Positions 19,242-29,699 of a stretch of 64,000 bases of DNA are shown one piece after another. How positions within the stretch are numbered: position 1 is the first letter of the stretch; the number at the start of each line of letters is the position of its first letter. The notes beneath the pieces were generated by a model. The model had not been told where the DNA came from. It did not search any database and saw only the letters and a list, made by a program, of their open reading frames with translations. The stretch covers positions 2,805-66,804 of the forward strand of contig DATDRF010000103.1 in assembly GCA_035291905.1 (NCBI GenBank). The letters run 5' to 3'. The stretch comes from Bacteroidota bacterium (lineage in GTDB: Bacteria > Bacteroidota > Ignavibacteria > UBA10030). A program made the position numbers and the translations under genes.

Positions 19242-19951
19242 GCACGGCCCGGGCGATTGTGGCGTTAACGATTGTTGCCGCCAGCACAGGGCTGTGCCAA
19301 TTCAGGCAGCGGCCGCAGCTCACTGAAATGAATCTTGATTCTTATCAGGATCCGGTCGGAGCGGACTCGAAAAAGTCGGTACTTCTGGGTGTTACCCTTT
19401 CCCTGATTCTCCCGGGAGCCGGCGAATGGTACGCAGGGAATCTCTCTACCGGAAAGTATTTCATGGGGGCAGACGGCATTTTGTGGCTTTCGTATGCCGG
19501 AATCTCGCTGCGCGGGAGCTGGATAAGGGACGATGCCCGGTTGTTTGCCGGCCGGCATGCAGGTGCGTCCGTGGAGGGGAAAGAGGAACAGTTCGAGGTT
19601 GACATCGGAAATTTCCAGTCGACAGACGAGTATAATCAGGCAAAACTGCGCAACAGGGAATTCGACCTCATCTACGATAAGCCGGGATATTCGTGGAATT
19701 GGAACACCGAGAAGAATCGTCTTGAATATCGGGCCGAGAGGATCAGGAGCGACGAATACTTTCAGAATGCTAAGTTCATTGTTGGCGCCCTCGTGATTAA
19801 CCGTGTGATTTCTGCATTCTCTGCCTGGCGGTCGGTGAATAGGCATAACAAAGCACTCGACAGCAGCGGTGGTTGGGATATCAAGGCAGAGGTTCAGGGT
19901 GGGCTCCCCGCCAATCAAGGCCTGACGATCAGCCTCAGTAGATCGTTCTGA
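19238..19951 (+). CDS. Hypothetical secreted/membrane protein (DUF5683-like)
   Basis: Signal peptide MSTARAIVALTIVAASTGLC; LILPGAGEWYAGN motif; ATGA overlap with mtaB. Confidence 0.45.
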   Translation: MSTARAIVALTIVAASTGLCQFRQRPQLTEMNLDSYQDPVGADSKKSVLLGVTLSLILPGAGEWYAGNLSTGKYFMGADGILWLSYAGISLRGSWIRDDARLFAGRHAGASVEGKEEQFEVDIGNFQSTDEYNQAKLRNREFDLIYDKPGYSWNWNTEKNRLEYRAERIRSDEYFQNAKFIVGALVINRVISAFSAWRSVNRHNKALDSSGGWDIKAEVQGGLPANQGLTISLSRSF

Positions 19952-19975
19952 CGACAAAAGGTCCAGACAATGGGA

Positions 19976-20000
19976 GTCCCGCTCTGAGGCGGGATTTTTT
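19976..20000 (+). terminator. Rho-independent terminator-like hairpin
   Basis: TCCCGC / GCGGGA stem with loop tctgag, followed by a T6 run; sits between 19238..19951 and truA. Confidence 0.45.
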
Positions 20001-20004
20001 GTTT

Positions 20005-20736
20005 ATGAGAACGGTGAAATTGACACTGGAATACGACGGTACGGATTTCTCCGGCTGGCAATTTCAGTTGAACGCCCGCACAGTCCAGGGCGTGCTTGAA
20101 TCAGCACTTCGGGAGCTCTTGCAGCAGGAACTGACTGTTTTTGGGGCGGGCAGAACGGATGCGGGCGTCCATGCACGCGGTCAGGTCGCTCACTTTCTCA
20201 CCACGAATGCGATGGGACTTCGTGATCTTCAAAAGAGCTTGAACGCACTGTTGCCGGCCGATGTCGTTGTCCGGTGCGTTGAGGAAGTTGACGAAAAGTT
20301 TCACGCCCGATATAGCGCGTTGTGGCGGAGTTATCGATACACCATCTCCCAGGAACCGATTGCCCTGGGGCGGATGTACGCCTGGTTCTGGTCGCAACGA
20401 CTTGACGAGGAGCTGATGGGACAATGTGCCCGCATGATTCTTGGAGAACATGATTTTCAGGCGTTTTCGAAGGTTGAGACTGAGGTCAAACATTTCCGCT
20501 GCACCGTCAGGCTTGCGGAGTGGAAAAGAACCGATAGCTCTCTCACATTCGATATCGAAGCCAATCGATTCCTCTACGGAATGGTGAGAGCCCTCGTTGG
20601 TACGATGGTGGAAATCGGCAGGAGGTACCGTCCGTTGGATGATTTTCAACGAATCATGGATTCCCGTGATCGGAGGCAGGCAGGAATGGCGGCCCCTCCC
20701 GGCGGATTAGTACTGGAAAAGGTATCATATAGATGA
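20005..20736 (+). CDS. truA: tRNA pseudouridine(38-40) synthase
   Basis: LTLEYDGTDFSGWQ and GAGRTDAGVHARGQVAHF catalytic Asp motif. Confidence 0.85.
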   Translation: MRTVKLTLEYDGTDFSGWQFQLNARTVQGVLESALRELLQQELTVFGAGRTDAGVHARGQVAHFLTTNAMGLRDLQKSLNALLPADVVVRCVEEVDEKFHARYSALWRSYRYTISQEPIALGRMYAWFWSQRLDEELMGQCARMILGEHDFQAFSKVETEVKHFRCTVRLAEWKRTDSSLTFDIEANRFLYGMVRALVGTMVEIGRRYRPLDDFQRIMDSRDRRQAGMAAPPGGLVLEKVSYR

Positions 20737-20746
20737 GGACAAGAAC

Positions 20747-21562
20747 ATGAATCGTAAGATAGCAGCCGCTCTGCTTGTGGCCGGTCTTTCGATTTCACTC
20801 GGTTGTATTGGAGCACTTGGCCTGAATCTCTTTCCCGATTCGAAGGACATTGAATTGGGAAAACAGATCGATCGGGAGATCCGGCAGAATCCAAAGGAAT
20901 ACCCGATATTGACAGGACATCCGGAAGTGAACCAATACGTTGAGTCAATAGGGCAAAGGATCCTGGCCTCTCCCGGGATCAAGAAGAGAGCACTTTACGC
21001 ATATACATTTGAAATAATCCACGATGACAGCACGATTAACGCCTTTTGTACTCCCGGCGGATATATCTACGTCTATACGGGTCTGCTCAAGTTTTTGGAC
21101 AATGAGGCCGCCTTGGCCGGAGTACTGGGCCATGAGATTGCCCATGCCGAACGACGGCATGCAACCCTGAGGATGAGCAGTGCATATGGAATCGAAGTGC
21201 TCCTTGCCATTGCCCTGGGGGAGAACCCGGGTGAGCTTGTCCAACTTTCGGGAAATCTCTTTGCCGGGCTGGGTCTTTTGGTGAACAGCAGATCCGACGA
21301 GACAGAGTCGGATACGTATTCGATGAGCTATCTCGAAGCGACCCCCTATTATCCGGGAGGAATACGATTCTTCTTCGAGAAGATCTCGTCAGGAGGACGA
21401 GGCGGCGGAGGCGCTTTTGAAAGGCTTCTGTCGACGCATCCGTTGCCTCAGGATCGTATAGAGCATGTGACGAATCTCCTGAACCAGAAAGGTAATCCTG
21501 TGGCCAACGAAGGAAACCTCTTCACTTCGCGTTATCAGGACATGAAGAGGCACTTGCCCTGA
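20747..21562 (+). CDS. M48-family zinc metallopeptidase lipoprotein
   Basis: Lipobox LSISLGC; HEIAHAERRH (HExxH) plus downstream ETESD glutamate ligand region. Confidence 0.75.
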   Translation: MNRKIAAALLVAGLSISLGCIGALGLNLFPDSKDIELGKQIDREIRQNPKEYPILTGHPEVNQYVESIGQRILASPGIKKRALYAYTFEIIHDDSTINAFCTPGGYIYVYTGLLKFLDNEAALAGVLGHEIAHAERRHATLRMSSAYGIEVLLAIALGENPGELVQLSGNLFAGLGLLVNSRSDETESDTYSMSYLEATPYYPGGIRFFFEKISSGGRGGGGAFERLLSTHPLPQDRIEHVTNLLNQKGNPVANEGNLFTSRYQDMKRHLP

Positions 21563-21604
21563 AGAACTGTTGAAGCTTTTGGTATATGCGGACGGAGTAT
21601 TTTG

Positions 21605-22621
21605 ATGAGCACGCTTAATGATGCCGTTGCGAAAATCGCGGAAGGAAGGAATCTCACAGGGCAGGAGGCCGCCCTGGCGATGAACGAGATCATGTCCGGT
21701 GAGGCCCCGGAGGCCTTGATAGCGGGATTCCTGATCGGTTTGCGTGTCAAAGGAGAGACTGCCGAAGAGATCGCAGGATGTGCAGGAGTGCTGCGAAGCA
21801 GGGCTGTTACGATCAGGACAAAACATCGCAATGTGGTAGACACGTGCGGAACAGGAGGGGACGGACTTGGAACATTCAATATATCGACAACGGCCGCCAT
21901 CATAGCGTCGGGAGCCGGTGTTCCGGTGGCAAAGCACGGTAATCGGGCTGTCTCCAGCGCATGCGGAAGTGCGGATGTCCTTTCGGCGCTGGGGGTGAAG
22001 ATCGACGTGGGACCCGAGAAGGCAGCGGAGATTCTTGATGAAATCGGCATCACATTCCTTTTTGCGCCGCTGATGCACAGTGCAATGAGGCATGCAGCCA
22101 AGGTGAGGAAGGAATTGGGTGTCCGGACGATCTTCAATATACTTGGACCTCTCGCGAATCCGGCAGGTTCGAAACGCCAGGTTCTGGGAGTTTATGATAG
22201 CCGAATAGGTCAGAAGATGGCCGAAGCCCTTCTGGAAATAGGCTCGGAACATGCCCTGGTAGTTCATGGAGAAGGAGGAATGGACGAATTGTCGGTCTTG
22301 GGGAAAACATTGGTCTGGGAGCTCCGTAAGGGCGAAATAAGGCAATATAGCGTCGATGCGTCTGATTTTGGGTTTCCAAAGTCGTCGATTTCTGAGTTAA
22401 GAGGGGATAGCCCCGCCGGGAATGCTGAGATTACGCGGAGCATCCTTTCCGGGAGATCAGGTGCTCCCAAGGATGTTTCCCTTATTAATGCTGCCGGGGC
22501 GATTCTGGTTTCTGGGTTGGCGGAGACGCTCACCGAAGGGCTCGAGATGGCCCGCGAATCCGTCGGTTCGGGAAGGGCGGCTCGTAAACTCCAGGATTGG
22601 ATTTCGTCATCAAATAGCTAG
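21605..22621 (+). CDS. trpD: Anthranilate phosphoribosyltransferase
   Basis: GLRVKGETAEEIAG, DTCGTGGDGLGTFNISTTAAII, KHGNRAVSS. Confidence 0.9.
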   Translation: MSTLNDAVAKIAEGRNLTGQEAALAMNEIMSGEAPEALIAGFLIGLRVKGETAEEIAGCAGVLRSRAVTIRTKHRNVVDTCGTGGDGLGTFNISTTAAIIASGAGVPVAKHGNRAVSSACGSADVLSALGVKIDVGPEKAAEILDEIGITFLFAPLMHSAMRHAAKVRKELGVRTIFNILGPLANPAGSKRQVLGVYDSRIGQKMAEALLEIGSEHALVVHGEGGMDELSVLGKTLVWELRKGEIRQYSVDASDFGFPKSSISELRGDSPAGNAEITRSILSGRSGAPKDVSLINAAGAILVSGLAETLTEGLEMARESVGSGRAARKLQDWISSSNS

Positions 22622-22630
22622 AGGATTTTC

Positions 22631-23473
22631 TTGAAATCTTTGCGTCAAGTCGTTAAAGAATTACTAGTTAGAAGCCGTCTCCTCAAGTCCGAATTATCGG
22701 AAAAAGACCTGCGGGAGGTGCTCGAGGCAGGCACTTTGAGCGGTGCCTTGGATAAGACCGAGCATGAGCTGATAACAAGCATCTTCGAGTTTACGGATAC
22801 GACGGCCAAGGAGATAATGGTCCCCCGGCCTGATGTCGTGGCTCTCGATATCAATAGCCCCCGGGATTTCCTTGTGCGGAAGGTTGTCGAGGAGGGGTAT
22901 TCCCGGCTGCCCGTTTATGACGGGAGCATGGACCACATTGTCGGGATCATTTACAGCAAGGACCTCCTGAGCCTGCTTGAGCACCGCGACCTCATTATCC
23001 TTCAGGACATCATCCGTCAACCCTATTTTGTCCACGAATCCAAGAAGATAAGTCAGCTTCTGAGGGAATTTCAGCAAAAAAAGGTTCACCTGGCGATCGT
23101 GATCGACGAATTCGGCGGAACAGAGGGGATTATCACGATGGAGGATATCCTGGAGGAGATCGTCGGCGAGATTCATGACGAGTATGACGAGGTCAAGAAA
23201 GCAGTGGAGAAAGCAAGCGACGGGTCCGCCATTGTTGATGCAAACCTTGGCATCTCTGATTTCAACGAACAATTCCGTGCAAATGTACCGGAGGCGAGCG
23301 ACTATGGAACGCTGGCCGGCTATCTTCAAAAGACCACTGGCAGGCTTCCTGACCTCAACGAAGTGATCCGGCACGGGGGATTCTCTTTCACGATTCTCAG
23401 CAAAACAGCCCGGCGACTGAGGCAGGTAAAAGTGACTCCACTTTCGCGGAAGAAGGATCCTGAGGCAAAATGA
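22631..23473 (+). CDS. CBS-pair plus CorC_HlyC (transporter-associated) domain protein, CorC/YbeX-like, no DUF21 membrane domain
   Basis: Tandem CBS motifs (IMVPRPDVVALD..., VGIIYSKDLL) then C-terminal CorC_HlyC region (EDILEEIVGEIHDEYDE); TTG start per track; embedded between trpD and trpC. Confidence 0.7.
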   Translation: MKSLRQVVKELLVRSRLLKSELSEKDLREVLEAGTLSGALDKTEHELITSIFEFTDTTAKEIMVPRPDVVALDINSPRDFLVRKVVEEGYSRLPVYDGSMDHIVGIIYSKDLLSLLEHRDLIILQDIIRQPYFVHESKKISQLLREFQQKKVHLAIVIDEFGGTEGIITMEDILEEIVGEIHDEYDEVKKAVEKASDGSAIVDANLGISDFNEQFRANVPEASDYGTLAGYLQKTTGRLPDLNEVIRHGGFSFTILSKTARRLRQVKVTPLSRKKDPEAK

Positions 23474-24249
23474 CCGGGTTTTTGACACGCATCCTTGCAG
23501 CCAAGGAAGAAGAAGTCGCGACGAAATCACGCAAGAGGCCCCTGAAGGATCTGAAGAGATCGATTCGCTCGCTTCCGGCAGTGAGGAGTTTGGCATCCGC
23601 ACTGAGAACGCCGCGAATGTCGATCATCGCGGAAGTCAAGAAGGCTTCACCATCTGCGGGCGTTCTGACGTCAACATTTGACCATCGCTCGCTCGGACGG
23701 GAATACGAGGCAGGGGGTGCGGCAGCCCTTTCGGTTCTCACGGACAGAGAATTCTTCCAGGGCTCGCTGGAGTTCCTGAAGGACATTCGGTTGGTCGCGG
23801 CACTGCCCATCCTTCGCAAAGATTTCATCATCAAGGAATATCAGATTTACGAGACAAGAGATGCAGGAGGAGACGCGGTGCTCCTCATTGCCAGGATTCT
23901 CGAACAATCGACTCTCAGGGAGTTCTACGAGCTAGCCGGAGCGATAGGCCTTCAATCCCTTGTTGAAGTACATGATGAGAAGGATGTAGAGAAAGCCAAT
24001 GGAATAGGGGCGTCGATCATTGGAATCAACAACAGAGACCTTTCTGACTTCTCTATCTCGCTCGACCGATCGTTGAAACTCAGACCGCTCTTGCATTCGG
24101 GTGCGATCGCGGTCAGTGAAAGCGGTATCCGTACAAAAAGCGAAGTGAAAATTCTCAGGGAAGCCGGGTTTAATGCAGTGCTGGTCGGTGAGGGGCTTGT
24201 GAAAAGTTCAGATCGCCGTCAGGCAGTCCGTGAATTGATCTTGGAATGA
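23470..24249 (+). CDS. trpC: Indole-3-glycerol phosphate synthase
   Basis: SIIAEVKKASPSAG, LRKDFIIKEYQI, IGINNRDL. Confidence 0.9.
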   Translation: MTGFLTRILAAKEEEVATKSRKRPLKDLKRSIRSLPAVRSLASALRTPRMSIIAEVKKASPSAGVLTSTFDHRSLGREYEAGGAAALSVLTDREFFQGSLEFLKDIRLVAALPILRKDFIIKEYQIYETRDAGGDAVLLIARILEQSTLREFYELAGAIGLQSLVEVHDEKDVEKANGIGASIIGINNRDLSDFSISLDRSLKLRPLLHSGAIAVSESGIRTKSEVKILREAGFNAVLVGEGLVKSSDRRQAVRELILE

Positions 24250-24250
24250 C

Positions 24251-24913
24251 ATGCAGCAGGATCTCTTTGTAAAAATCTGCGGGATTACGAATCTGGAGGA
24301 TGCCCAGTTTGCGGTGCGTTGCAAGGCTGATGCGCTCGGGTTTATCTTCTACAAGCCGAGCGATCGCTACATCGCTCCGGCAAAGGCACGCGACATCGTC
24401 GACAACGTCCCCGATTTCGTTTCAAAGGTTGGAGTCTTTGTTGATGCTGAACCGGCTTACATCCATGAGGTGATGAAGACCGTGAACCTGAGCGCAGTGC
24501 AATTGTACGGGAACGAAGGGGCCGATGATCTTGTGGGCTATGAAACGAGCGTGATCAAAGTATTCAGGGTGAAACCTGATTTCGACGTTCAGGTGATGCG
24601 CAGTTACGTGGTCGATGCGTTTCTTCTCGATACACACTCGGAAGCGAAGATGGGAGGAACGGGGCGGACGTTCGATTGGAACATCGCGGTGAGGGCGAAG
24701 GAGTTTGGAAAGATTATTCTTTCGGGCGGATTGACGCCGGATAATATCGAAGCTGCGGTCCGGTTGGTGCAGCCTTATGGGGTTGATGTAAGCAGCGGTG
24801 TCGAACGGGAGACCGGGAAAAAAGATCCGTGGAAGGTTCGTGAATTTATTGCCAGGGCAAAGGGAGTTCCGTTGCAGTACAGCGAGTTCAATGAGGAGGA
24901 GGGTGGTGAATAG
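24251..24913 (+). CDS. trpF: Phosphoribosylanthranilate isomerase
   Basis: [22 protein letters not shown]. Confidence 0.85.
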   Translation: MQQDLFVKICGITNLEDAQFAVRCKADALGFIFYKPSDRYIAPAKARDIVDNVPDFVSKVGVFVDAEPAYIHEVMKTVNLSAVQLYGNEGADDLVGYETSVIKVFRVKPDFDVQVMRSYVVDAFLLDTHSEAKMGGTGRTFDWNIAVRAKEFGKIILSGGLTPDNIEAAVRLVQPYGVDVSSGVERETGKKDPWKVREFIARAKGVPLQYSEFNEEEGGE

Positions 24914-26102
24914 TCCGGTGCTTCCAGATAGCAAAGGCCACTTTGGTGCTTACGGCGGTCGGTTTGTGCCCGAGACCCTCTTGCATGCCGCGGAGGAACT
25001 CACCCGGCTGTATGAAAAGCTGAGGGAGGAAGAAGAGTTCCAGAGTGAAGTCAAATACTATCTCAAAAACTACGTGGGCCGTCCTACGCCGTTGTATCTT
25101 GCGAAAAGACTTTCGGATCGGCTTGGCGGGGCACGGATCTACCTCAAGCGGGAGGATCTCTGCCATACGGGTGCGCATAAGATCAATAACACAATAGGCC
25201 AGATGTTGGTTGCCCGTCGAAGCGGGAAAAAAAGGATCATTGCAGAAACGGGGGCCGGTCAGCACGGAGTAGCCACCGCGACGGTCTGCGCCTTGTTCGA
25301 CCTCTCATGCGTGGTTTATATGGGCGTCGAGGATATGAGACGTCAATCGGTAAATGTCGATCGAATGAAGCTCCTGGGAGCCGAAGTTGTTCCCGTTTCC
25401 TCTGGGAACGGCACGCTGAAAGACGCGACCAGTGAAGCGATTCGCGACTGGGTGGCCAATGTTGAAACGACGTTCTATGTGATCGGGTCTGCCGTTGGAA
25501 TGCATCCCTATCCAATGATGGTGAGAGACTTTCAGAGCGTGATTGGAAACGAGACCAGGGAACAAATCCTCGAGGCAGAGGGGAGGCTTCCGGATGCTAT
25601 CATCGCTTGTGTGGGTGGGGGAAGCAATGCAATAGGGATGTTTCATCCGTTTCTTCGGGAACCCGGGGTTAAGCTGATAGGAGTGGAAGCGGCCGGGCTG
25701 GGGCTGGATTCGGGAAAGCATGCGGCCTCACTCGCAAAAGGTGTCCCCGGGGTTCTGCATGGCGCCATGCAGTATCTGCTTCAGAATGAAAACGGGCAAA
25801 TCCGGGTTCCGCATTCCATTTCAGCCGGGCTCGATTATCCCGGCGTAGGGCCTGAACATTCGTACCTCAAAGATCAAAAGCTTGCCGAGTACGTTTCGGT
25901 GACGGATGAGGAGGCCCTTGAGGCATTTGCCTTTCTCTCTCAAGCGGAAGGGATCATTCCCGCGCTCGAGTCTGCACATGCGCTTGCCTACGCAGCCAAG
26001 CTCGCGCCTGCGATGAGGAGCAACGACATCGTCATCATCAATCTTTCCGGAAGAGGGGATAAAGACTTGATGACATTCTTCAACGCGCGTGGAGCCACAT
26101 AG
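24891..26102 (+). CDS. trpB: Tryptophan synthase beta chain
   Basis: [30 protein letters not shown]-lysine region [17 protein letters not shown]; ATG 24891 chosen (track start 24798). No trpA follows. Confidence 0.9.
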   Translation: MRRRVVNSPVLPDSKGHFGAYGGRFVPETLLHAAEELTRLYEKLREEEEFQSEVKYYLKNYVGRPTPLYLAKRLSDRLGGARIYLKREDLCHTGAHKINNTIGQMLVARRSGKKRIIAETGAGQHGVATATVCALFDLSCVVYMGVEDMRRQSVNVDRMKLLGAEVVPVSSGNGTLKDATSEAIRDWVANVETTFYVIGSAVGMHPYPMMVRDFQSVIGNETREQILEAEGRLPDAIIACVGGGSNAIGMFHPFLREPGVKLIGVEAAGLGLDSGKHAASLAKGVPGVLHGAMQYLLQNENGQIRVPHSISAGLDYPGVGPEHSYLKDQKLAEYVSVTDEEALEAFAFLSQAEGIIPALESAHALAYAAKLAPAMRSNDIVIINLSGRGDKDLMTFFNARGAT

Positions 26103-26273
26103 TCCGCCACAATCGCAGCCTGCCGGCATAACCAACGACGATTTGTAGAGACGGAGAAAAGCAGGTATCTTTCTTCAGCGCAAAAGAAGCGGTGGCAGTG
26201 CAACTTTGTCTCTGTGACCGCGAAGAAATATTGTGTCCGGCGGGAAATTCACCGTGGTTAAGAACGGATAAGG

Positions 26274-27866
26274 ATGGAAGAATCCCTTACAAGGAAGGTT
26301 GCCCGAAATACCGGATTCAGCGCCGCCGGGTATTTCGTTTCTGTTGCAGCGCTCTTCTTTCTTACGCCGTATGTCATCGGAAAATTGGGCGCTGAGTCTT
26401 ACGGCATTTGGGTTCTCGTCACGATCCTCGCGGGCTATTGGGGACTGTCCGACTTTGGAATAGGCCTTTCATTTCAAAAGTTTGTTGCAGAATATCACAC
26501 TCTCCGGGATGTAGAGTCGATCAACAAGGTCGTCAACAGCGGATTGGCTTTTTATTGCCTCCTGGGGATCGCTGTTCTCCTCATCGCTCTTCCGCTTATC
26601 GATCCTCTCTTGCATCTTGTTCAGATTCCTGTCTTGTCATTAGACGAGGCCCGGATCGTTTCCTTTATTGCGGTGGTGAACCTCGCGATTGCCAACCCCT
26701 TATCGGTTTTCTCCGCAGCGCTTATGGGAATGCAGCATATCGATCTGACGCGAAAGATCGAAATGGGAGTCGTCGTCATTCGTGTTCTGCTCTACGTCTT
26801 TGTCCTCATTCAAGGATGGGGGATCATGGGGCTGATTCTCTCCGAAACTGCTCTGGTGTTACTGAACGCCGCGTTAAACTACTCGTTCCTGGGCCGTCGG
26901 TTCCCGGAATTACATCTGCAGCCATGGAAACTGGACATACCTGTTTTCCGGAAACTCTTCTCGTACGGAAGTAAACTGCAGGTATCACGCCTGGCGGAAA
27001 TGGTGGCGTTTCAATTCGACCGCATAATTGTTTCCAACTTCATTGGACTCCAGTTTGTTGTCCAGGCGGACGTTGGCGGAAAACTGTTGAGTCGAATGAG
27101 AGCACTACCGTTGAACATGTTATCCACACTCCTCCCGGCCGTATCACAACTTGACGCGCTGAACCAAACGCAGAGAATCCATCTCGCGTTTGAACGGTCG
27201 ACGAAGTACCTCGCGTGCTTCGCCGTGCCGATGTTCCTGTTTGTTGCTTCGTTTGCACATCTCATTATTTGGGTGTGGCTTGGCGATTCGTTCGTCATGG
27301 CAGCATACTCACTGCAAATCCTAACCCTCGGCTATTTGTTGAACGTTCTCACCGGAACGGTGTCATTCGTGTTGCAGGGGATGGGCGATGCTACTACACA
27401 AATGAAAGTGACCCTGGCTCAAACAATCATGAATATCGTGTTCAGCATCGGATTTGTCATGGCCTTTGGATATTATGGTGTAATGATTGGTACGTCTCTC
27501 TCGTTGACTATCAGCTCAATCTATTTTGGCATTGCATTTAATAAAAGGATCGAAGGCTCGTTTCGACGAATTCTTGCCATTCTGGTGCAACCACTCATCG
27601 CGTCGGGGGCAGGCATCCTCCTTGCCATGGTTCCATGGGCCGTCGGCGGATTCTACCCTCACGAACGAATCGCTGATGCGGGGCTCCTCGTCATGTGCGG
27701 GATCCTCTTCTTCCCCGTATATTTCGTGGTTCTTCGAATGGGTAAATACTTCGATGCGTGGGACTCAGAATTTCTCCTTCGCATATCGCCCCGGCTCGCC
27801 TTGGTGAGCAGACTCATTGTCTCGCAGCGCCCGGCGCCGTCTGGCCACCACATCACTCCGCCGTGA
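26274..27866 (+). CDS. Polysaccharide biosynthesis Wzx-like flippase (MOP superfamily), 12 to 14 TM segments
   Basis: Multi-pass hydrophobic profile; N-terminal KVARNTGFSAAGYFVSVAALFFLTPYVIGKLGAESYGIW typical of O-unit flippases. Confidence 0.7.
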   Translation: MEESLTRKVARNTGFSAAGYFVSVAALFFLTPYVIGKLGAESYGIWVLVTILAGYWGLSDFGIGLSFQKFVAEYHTLRDVESINKVVNSGLAFYCLLGIAVLLIALPLIDPLLHLVQIPVLSLDEARIVSFIAVVNLAIANPLSVFSAALMGMQHIDLTRKIEMGVVVIRVLLYVFVLIQGWGIMGLILSETALVLLNAALNYSFLGRRFPELHLQPWKLDIPVFRKLFSYGSKLQVSRLAEMVAFQFDRIIVSNFIGLQFVVQADVGGKLLSRMRALPLNMLSTLLPAVSQLDALNQTQRIHLAFERSTKYLACFAVPMFLFVASFAHLIIWVWLGDSFVMAAYSLQILTLGYLLNVLTGTVSFVLQGMGDATTQMKVTLAQTIMNIVFSIGFVMAFGYYGVMIGTSLSLTISSIYFGIAFNKRIEGSFRRILAILVQPLIASGAGILLAMVPWAVGGFYPHERIADAGLLVMCGILFFPVYFVVLRMGKYFDAWDSEFLLRISPRLALVSRLIVSQRPAPSGHHITPP

Positions 27867-27880
27867 ATTGAAGAAAGACT

Positions 27881-28852
27881 ATGGCTGAAACGTCTGTCAT
27901 TATCGTAAACCTCAATGGGAGAGAGCATCTGGAGGCTTGTCTTAATTCTCTTTTCAGACAGACGTATTCCGATTGTGACGTTGTTCTCGTGGACAACGGA
28001 TCGACTGATGGATCGATTGAATTCGTGAAAACCCGATTTCCGAAAGTGAATGTGCTTCAACTTGGGAGGAACACGGGCTTTGCTTATGCAACAAATAGGG
28101 GTATTGAACAAACCGCGTCCTCTTTCGTCGCATTACTGAACAATGACATCGAAGTTGACCAAAGGTGGCTTGAGAGGCTGGTCAGCACACTCAAAGGTTC
28201 CCCCGAGGCGGGCGCCGTTGCCTGCAAGATGTTGAACTTCTCCAACCGATCTGTCATCGATGCAGCGGGAGATGCCCTGACAAGGGCGGCGATGGCAGAA
28301 GCGAGGGGGCATGGCCATCCGGATCGGGGGCAGTATGATCAGGCAGACTACATTTTTGGACCGTGCGCGGGCGCCGCAGTGTACAAGAGAGAGGTGTTTG
28401 ACCAGATTGGCCTGTTTGATGAGAGCTTCTTTGCCTTTTATGAGGACATCGACCTGGATTTTCGCATGCAGTCTTCGGGGTGGAAGGTGCTCTACGAGCC
28501 CTCCGCCCTTTGTTATCACAAACGCGGAGCTACAGTTCGCAAGATGCAGAGAATGGCGGTGATGCTTCATGTTCGCAACAATATTTTCTATGTTGTCAAG
28601 AATATCCCCGGAAGGACGATTGTTCGCCGTTTTCCTGCAATTCTTGCTTCGAGGCTGAAGGTCTGGTTGGCCTACGTCCGCAACGGCAACGTAACAGGGG
28701 TTCTACGGGGAATAGCTGAAGCGGTTCTGAAGATGCCTGAAATGTTGTCGAAGCGAAAAGCTTTGAAGGCCCGGAGAAAAGTCTCTGTCGTGTACATAGA
28801 GTCCCTGATGAATTTTGTTCCGCATCGAACGCCGCCGACCGATGGGCTCTGA
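27881..28852 (+). CDS. Family 2 glycosyltransferase
   Basis: SVIIVNLNGREHLEACLNSL...VVLVDNGSTDGS; DxD region. Confidence 0.8.
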   Translation: MAETSVIIVNLNGREHLEACLNSLFRQTYSDCDVVLVDNGSTDGSIEFVKTRFPKVNVLQLGRNTGFAYATNRGIEQTASSFVALLNNDIEVDQRWLERLVSTLKGSPEAGAVACKMLNFSNRSVIDAAGDALTRAAMAEARGHGHPDRGQYDQADYIFGPCAGAAVYKREVFDQIGLFDESFFAFYEDIDLDFRMQSSGWKVLYEPSALCYHKRGATVRKMQRMAVMLHVRNNIFYVVKNIPGRTIVRRFPAILASRLKVWLAYVRNGNVTGVLRGIAEAVLKMPEMLSKRKALKARRKVSVVYIESLMNFVPHRTPPTDGL

Positions 28853-28873
28853 TTCCACCGAGGAGTGCTGTCT

Positions 28874-29695
28874 ATGGTTTCGATTCTGAAAAAGGCATTG
28901 AAGCGTCGTCTCAACGAGCGCCAATGGGAGGCTCTCCGGAATACCTTCGTCAGGGCCTGGTCGCGGCTCCGAAGCGGAGATCTCGCAACGCTGGCTACCA
29001 TGCACAGGACGGATAAGTGGAACTTACATTGGTACGCGCAGCATTATGAAAGACATTTCGGACACTTTCGGAAAAAGAGACTGAAGGTTCTCGAGATCGG
29101 CGTCGGGGGATATGCGGACCCGCATGCTGGAGGCAGCTCATTGCGAATGTGGAAGTACTACTTTCCGAAGAGTATGATCTATTCAATTGACATCTATGAC
29201 AAATCGGCTCTGCAGGAGAAAAGAATTGCGATCTTCCGGGGGAGTCAATCCGACGAAGCGTTCCTTCAGAATCTAGGCAGAGACATCGGGTCGCTGGATA
29301 TCATTATCGATGATGGCAGCCATGTCAATAGAGATGTAATTCGGACTTTTGAAATTCTCTTTCCGACTATGAAGCCCGGTGGCATCTATGTTGTGGAGGA
29401 CACGCAGACATCGTACTGGGAACCCTTCGGCGGTGACAGTGTCGACTTTGCCAATCCTCGCACGATAATGAACTATTTCAAGAGACTGACCGATAGTCTC
29501 AATTATCAGGAATTCGACAAGCCCGGGTATGAGCCGACATACTTTGACAAGAACATCGTGTCAATCCATTTTTATCACAATCTTGTGTTCGTCTACAAGG
29601 GTAAGAATAACGAGGGGAGCAATGCTGTTGTCAATAATGTCCTTCAGCGGTCAACACTTGACCTCTCAGGAGTAGAGCCTGCAAGTCCGAGATGA
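28874..29695 (+). CDS. Class I SAM-dependent methyltransferase (TylF/MycF / Methyltransf_24-like), probable sugar O-methyltransferase
   Basis: LEIGVGGYADPH...IIIDDGSHVNRDVIRTFEILFPTMKPGGIYVVEDT; GAGGAG RBS 9 nt before ATG 28874. Confidence 0.55.
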   Translation: MVSILKKALKRRLNERQWEALRNTFVRAWSRLRSGDLATLATMHRTDKWNLHWYAQHYERHFGHFRKKRLKVLEIGVGGYADPHAGGSSLRMWKYYFPKSMIYSIDIYDKSALQEKRIAIFRGSQSDEAFLQNLGRDIGSLDIIIDDGSHVNRDVIRTFEILFPTMKPGGIYVVEDTQTSYWEPFGGDSVDFANPRTIMNYFKRLTDSLNYQEFDKPGYEPTYFDKNIVSIHFYHNLVFVYKGKNNEGSNAVVNNVLQRSTLDLSGVEPASPR

Positions 29696-29699
29696 ACAA

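Noticed and set aside
26408-26974. 188-aa Arg/Ser-rich ORF in the +2 frame inside the Wzx flippase gene, and similar internal alternative-frame ORFs (e.g. 40547..41065 in proS, 44662..45054 in dnaE).
   Set aside because: These are overlapped completely by strongly supported genes in another frame. Their composition is typical of GC-rich out-of-frame translation.
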